A DNA stretch of 64,000 bases from an uncultured delta proteobacterium (GTDB lineage Bacteria > Myxococcota_A > UBA9160 > SMWR01): contig CAWHTE010000001.1 of NCBI GenBank assembly GCA_963832165.1, positions 480,001 through 544,000 of the forward strand. Direction: 5' to 3'. A model generated the notes under the pieces. That model ran no database searches and was not told the origin of the DNA. It was given only the letters and a program-made list of their open reading frames with translations. Shown in pieces: positions 61,320 through 64,000 of the stretch. The translations under genes were made by a program, and so were the position numbers. Each line of letters opens with the position of its first letter. The stretch's first letter is position 1.

Positions 61320-62119
61320 CGACACTTCCACTCCGGGGCGCGCTTCTCGACGAATGCGCGCGGTCCCTCGCGCGAGTCGTCGGTGCGGAGCACCCGCTCG
61401 CGGAATGTCTCGGCGAGGATCTCCGCCTCGTGCAGCGGAAGGTCGAGCCCCTTGCGAATCGCGAGTCGCGTTCCGCGCACGGCGAGTGGAGCGTTGCGGT
61501 TGACGAGTGCTGCGATCTCTTTCGCGCGCTCGACCAGCCGCGCGTGCTCGACGACCTCGGACACCATGCCGAGCTCGAAGGCGCGCTGCGCGCTCAGCTG
61601 CTCGTGGCGGCCCGTGAGCGCCACGCGCATCGCGATGTTCGTGGGCAGCACGCGGGCCAGCCGCACCATCTCGCGCCCCGACACGAGGCCGATGCTCACG
61701 TGCGGATCGAAGAACACCGCGCGCTCGGAGGCGATCACGATGTCGCCCGTCGTCACGAGATCGAGGCCGGCGCCGCAACACAGGCCGTTGATCGCCGCGA
61801 GGATCGGCTTGGTCATCGAGCGGAACGGAGGGGTCGCTTCCTGCGGAGCCTCCCATTGAGCGAGCGTCGAGAGGTAGGGCTCGTCGTAGATGACGCGCCC
61901 GTCGGCGGGGATCTCGGTGACGTCGGCCCCCGCACAGAACGCGCGGCCGTTCCCCGTGACGATCGCGATCCAGACCGCCTCGTCGGACTCGACCGCGTCG
62001 TAGGCGGCGCGGAGCTCCCGGACCATCAGCGGGCTCACCGCATTGAGCTTGTCGGGTCGATTCAACGTGATCGTGGCAATCCGGTCCTCGACCTCGTAGC
62101 GGATCGTTTCGAAATCCAT
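61316..62119 (-). CDS. Enoyl-CoA hydratase/isomerase
   Basis: NRPDKLNA, FCAGADV, FFDPHVSIG. Confidence 0.92.
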   Translation of the reverse strand: MDFETIRYEVEDRIATITLNRPDKLNAVSPLMVRELRAAYDAVESDEAVWIAIVTGNGRAFCAGADVTEIPADGRVIYDEPYLSTLAQWEAPQEATPPFRSMTKPILAAINGLCCGAGLDLVTTGDIVIASERAVFFDPHVSIGLVSGREMVRLARVLPTNIAMRVALTGRHEQLSAQRAFELGMVSEVVEHARLVERAKEIAALVNRNAPLAVRGTRLAIRKGLDLPLHEAEILAETFRERVLRTDDSREGPRAFVEKRAPEWKCR

Positions 62120-62127
62120 GGTGCTCT

Positions 62128-62934
62128 CTATTGGCCCTCGAACTTGGGCGATCGGCGTTCCTTGAACGCGAGCAGTCCTTCTTTGAAGTCTGCGGTGCGC
62201 GACGCGAGCTCGAGCGCGAACGACTCCCCCTCCATCGCGAGGGAGAGCCCCGTCTCGAGCGAACGATGGATGCAGTGCTTGGTGAGACCGATCGCGACCG
62301 TGGGACCCGCAGCGAGCCGATCGACGAGCGCGGAGGCTGCGGACTCGAGCTCTTCGTCGGGCACGGCGCGGTGGATGATCCCCCAGGACGCGGCCTCCGC
62401 ACCCGAGAGCTTCCGGCCCAGGATCAAGAGCTCATTGGCGCGCGCGACGCCGACGAGGCGCGGCAGCAGCCAGGTCGCGCCACTGTCCGCGCAGAACCCG
62501 CGCTCGATGAACGGCTCCCAGAAGCAGGCCGACTCGGAAGCGATCGCGAAGTCGGCGGCGAGCGCGAGCTGGAAGCCGAGCCCGGCCGCCCACCCACGCA
62601 CCGCGCAGACCACGGGAAGCTGGATCTCCGTGAGCAGCTCGATCAGTCGGTGCGCCTGCAGCGGAACGCGCCGCTCGAGGCTTCCGGTGCGCGGTCGTGC
62701 GCCGGTGGCGTTGGACGCCACCCAGTCCGCACCCGCGCAGAAATCGGTTCCCGTGCCCGCGAGCACGACGACGCGGAGCGAGTCATCGGTGGCAGCCGAC
62801 TCGAGTGCGGCGACGATGCGCCGGATCGCGGCGACGTCGAGCGAGTTCTTGCGCTCGGGCCGATCCAGCGTGATGCGCAGCACGCCGCCCTCGCGGTCGA
62901 CCGTTACGCCTTCGCGAGCTTCCGCTGTCGTCAT
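62128..62934 (-). CDS. Enoyl-CoA hydratase/isomerase
   Basis: DRPERKNSL, FCAGAD, DSGATWLLPR. Confidence 0.92.
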   Translation of the reverse strand: MTTAEAREGVTVDREGGVLRITLDRPERKNSLDVAAIRRIVAALESAATDDSLRVVVLAGTGTDFCAGADWVASNATGARPRTGSLERRVPLQAHRLIELLTEIQLPVVCAVRGWAAGLGFQLALAADFAIASESACFWEPFIERGFCADSGATWLLPRLVGVARANELLILGRKLSGAEAASWGIIHRAVPDEELESAASALVDRLAAGPTVAIGLTKHCIHRSLETGLSLAMEGESFALELASRTADFKEGLLAFKERRSPKFEGQ

Positions 62935-63902
62935 ACCAGGGTGTCCTCGATGGATGCGCTGATCGAGACCGCGTGAGAGTCGGCGGTGCCGAACGTGTGC
63001 TCGAGCACCCACGCGCGCTTGAGAAGGTAGTTCGGCAGCATCTCCCAGGTGAATCCGACGCCTCCGTGGACCTGGATCGCGGAGCGCGCGTTCTCCAGGG
63101 CGGCCTCTCCGGCGAGGAGCTTCGCCGCCGCGCTCGAGCGAAGCAGGTCGCCGACTTCCGGGTCGTCCAGCACGGCGGCCGCCGCGTAGGTGGCGCTGCG
63201 CGCGAGCGCGGTCCGTACGTACATGTCGGCCAGCAGGTGTTGAACGGCCTGGAACGATCCGATCGGCACTCCGAACTGCTCGCGATCGAGCGCGTAGCGG
63301 CGCGCCGTTTCCAGCGCGGTATCGGACACGCCTAGCAGCATGGCCGCGCACAGCACCGTTCCGACTACACGCATCTGGGTAGCGTCGCGCACGTCTCCGA
63401 CCTGCGCACCGCAGGGAAGTGCGTTGCAGCTTCCGACGGGGGTGAGGGGATCGAGGGGCGTGAGCGCGTCGAAGGACGGCAGGTCCGCGCACGCGAACAC
63501 GCCGTCGGCGCGCAGGATCAGGAGCGAGTCGATCTCCGATGCGTGCTCGATCACGAGCGGTTCGCCGTTCGCGTCGGATGCCTCGACGCCGCCGACGAGT
63601 CGATCGCCACTCGCGGCGCCATCGACGTAGGGAGCGGCGAGCGTCGACCACAGGACGGGGCCGTTCACGAGGTGGGCGCCCAGCTGTTCGAAGACGATCG
63701 ACGCTCCGACCACCCCGAGACCGCCATCGGCTGCGGGCGCGAGCAGGCCGAACACGCCGAGCTCGGCCAGCTCGCGCCACGTGGCCCGGTCCACTCCCTG
63801 GCCGTCGCGCTGGGCGATCCGCTCCAGGGGGAACCGCGCCGCACAGAACCGGCGCACGGTGTCCTGGAGCTCGAGCTGCTCTTCGTCGAGGCGGAACTCC
63901 AT
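62931..63902 (-). CDS. Acyl-CoA dehydrogenase, partner subunit of heteromeric ACAD
   Basis: REQFGVPIGSFQAVQH, HGGVGFTWE. Confidence 0.9.
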   Translation of the reverse strand: MEFRLDEEQLELQDTVRRFCAARFPLERIAQRDGQGVDRATWRELAELGVFGLLAPAADGGLGVVGASIVFEQLGAHLVNGPVLWSTLAAPYVDGAASGDRLVGGVEASDANGEPLVIEHASEIDSLLILRADGVFACADLPSFDALTPLDPLTPVGSCNALPCGAQVGDVRDATQMRVVGTVLCAAMLLGVSDTALETARRYALDREQFGVPIGSFQAVQHLLADMYVRTALARSATYAAAAVLDDPEVGDLLRSSAAAKLLAGEAALENARSAIQVHGGVGFTWEMLPNYLLKRAWVLEHTFGTADSHAVSISASIEDTLV

Positions 63903-63923
63903 GCCCGGTGCCCCTATCTGGAA

Positions 63924-63937
63924 AACATCTATATGTT
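63924..63937. promoter_or_regulatory. Palindromic operator AACATCTATATGTT upstream of catabolic operon
   Basis: AT-rich near-palindrome 21 bp upstream of the start at 63902; matches 48270 site. Confidence 0.6.
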
Positions 63938-64000
63938 AAACTACGGTGGCTCGAACGAGGCGCGCAATCCGCAGCGAGCCGCAGGCGAGCGAAGACCATC

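Overview
High-GC bacterial DNA, plausibly a Myxococcota/Deltaproteobacteria-like genome or MAG (inference from gene content only), in five blocks. (1) 1-14 kb is a general-stress island: Family 1 encapsulin (truncated at the edge, absent from the ORF track) with its ferritin-like cargo, cardiolipin synthase, YtxH/DUF883/YqjE-like small membrane proteins, DUF1328, CsbD, two 4xBON proteins, two histidine kinases, a stand-alone receiver and two near-identical sigma54 activators. Nearly every stress transcription unit carries a sigma54 -24/-12 promoter. (2) 14-28 kb has an SDR, a membrane-anchored peroxiredoxin-like selenoprotein (in-frame UGA in a UxxC motif plus a SECIS-like hairpin, split in two by the ORF track), lipase maturation factor, sucA-sucB-lpdA, a FATP-type acyl-CoA synthetase, WS/DGAT, GT87 and DUF2277. 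(3) 28-31 kb has two tandem ammonium transporters under a sigma54 promoter. (4) 31.5-39 kb is a ~2300-aa SpvB/FG-GAP/Rhs polymorphic toxin with one frameshift, an internal transmembrane/signal-peptide-like insert and a PLA2-like C-terminal domain, followed by a lipoprotein immunity candidate. (5) 39-64 kb has fumC, a TMEM175 channel, a methyltransferase and a large actinobacterial-type lipid/steroid-like catabolic cluster with a shared palindromic operator. No rRNA, tRNA, CRISPR array or transposase was recognised. All assignments come from reading motifs by eye; no searches were run.
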